A DNA stretch of 64,000 nt, taken from positions 34,038,001 to 34,102,000 of the forward strand of contig NW_026262679.1 in assembly GCF_021869535.1 (NCBI RefSeq), in the 5' to 3' direction. Below the pieces are notes generated by a model. That model did no database searches. It saw nothing but the letters and a program-made list of their open reading frames with translations, and was not told where the DNA came from. Shown one piece after another: positions 63,673 to 64,000 of this stretch. Positions within the stretch are counted from its first letter, which is position 1. Each line of letters begins with the position of its first letter. Origin of the DNA: Mytilus californianus (taxonomy: Eukaryota). The translations under genes and the position numbers were made by a program.

Positions 63673-64000
63673 GTTTCCGAGCGTGATACACTTTTCTCCG
63701 TTTTCCCCTACAACTTCCGACAGACTGATTTTAGTAGAGTAAACATGGTCCCAAATGTGCTCTCGCTTGTCCTAAAGATTCTTGACCGTGTATGCTACAC
63801 CATATTCTGTCGGAAAAGTTTCTCAAACTGTCTGCGTTTGACCTCGGCGCAGGCAAATCAATTTTGAATATATGCGTTCGTGATTTTGTGGTTCTGACCA
63901 AACCTCTGTCTCAGTATTGCTACGGCTTGATAGTAATATGCACTTGTAAGTAGGTATCCGGCGATACATTGCGCGGCTATGCCCTGAATTTGATTTTGCA
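63673..64000 (-). mobile_element. Degenerate BEL/Pao LTR retrotransposon gag (DUF1759-like) fragment
   Basis: Minus strand reads QNQIQGIAAQCIAGYLLTSAYYYQAVAILRQRFGQNHKITNAYIQN, then after a frameshift IDLPAPRSNADSLRNFSDRIWCSIHGQESLGQ. This fits the BEL gag pattern (G.A..CIAG..LT..NY..A..IL..RFG...I.NA). Stops and frameshifts present; runs off the window. Confidence 0.85.

Noticed and set aside
1-64000. tRNA, rRNA or intact host genes
   Set aside because: No cloverleaf, rRNA-like tract or recognisable host protein domain seen; tRNAscan-SE and RNA-seq-guided annotation are needed to exclude them.

Overview
AT-rich (roughly 30% GC by eye) eukaryotic genomic DNA. The interspersed repeat families look like those I recall from mussel (Mytilus) genomes; this is recall, not a database hit. 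I found no host protein-coding gene I can call with confidence, and the listed ORFs look like background or sit inside repeats. The window has two layers. First, a backbone of old local segmental duplications: a unit of about 10 kb occurs roughly three times, and one block is inverted. Second, many mobile-element insertions: (i) a 3.4-kb non-autonomous DNA transposon with ~435-bp TIRs, a CACTGTG terminus and a perfect 5-bp TSD (a Transib/RAG-like signature); (ii) a 3.0-kb near-perfect palindrome (CTACGG...CCGTAG, 4-bp TSD ATAA) carrying arrays of an 18-bp palindrome; (iii) fossil Penelope-like RT pieces, a Tx1/L1 3' fragment and a BEL/Pao gag fragment; (iv) several retrozyme-type elements with type I hammerhead ribozyme motifs, all with mutated cores; (v) a ~256-bp satellite with dimeric and 3-mer higher-order structure; (vi) a 345-bp direct repeat bracketing a duplicated host segment. 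The termini of the two inverted-repeat elements, the hammerheads and the exon candidates were indexed by hand. Other repeat boundaries are approximate (about +/-20 bp), and identities are estimated by eye.
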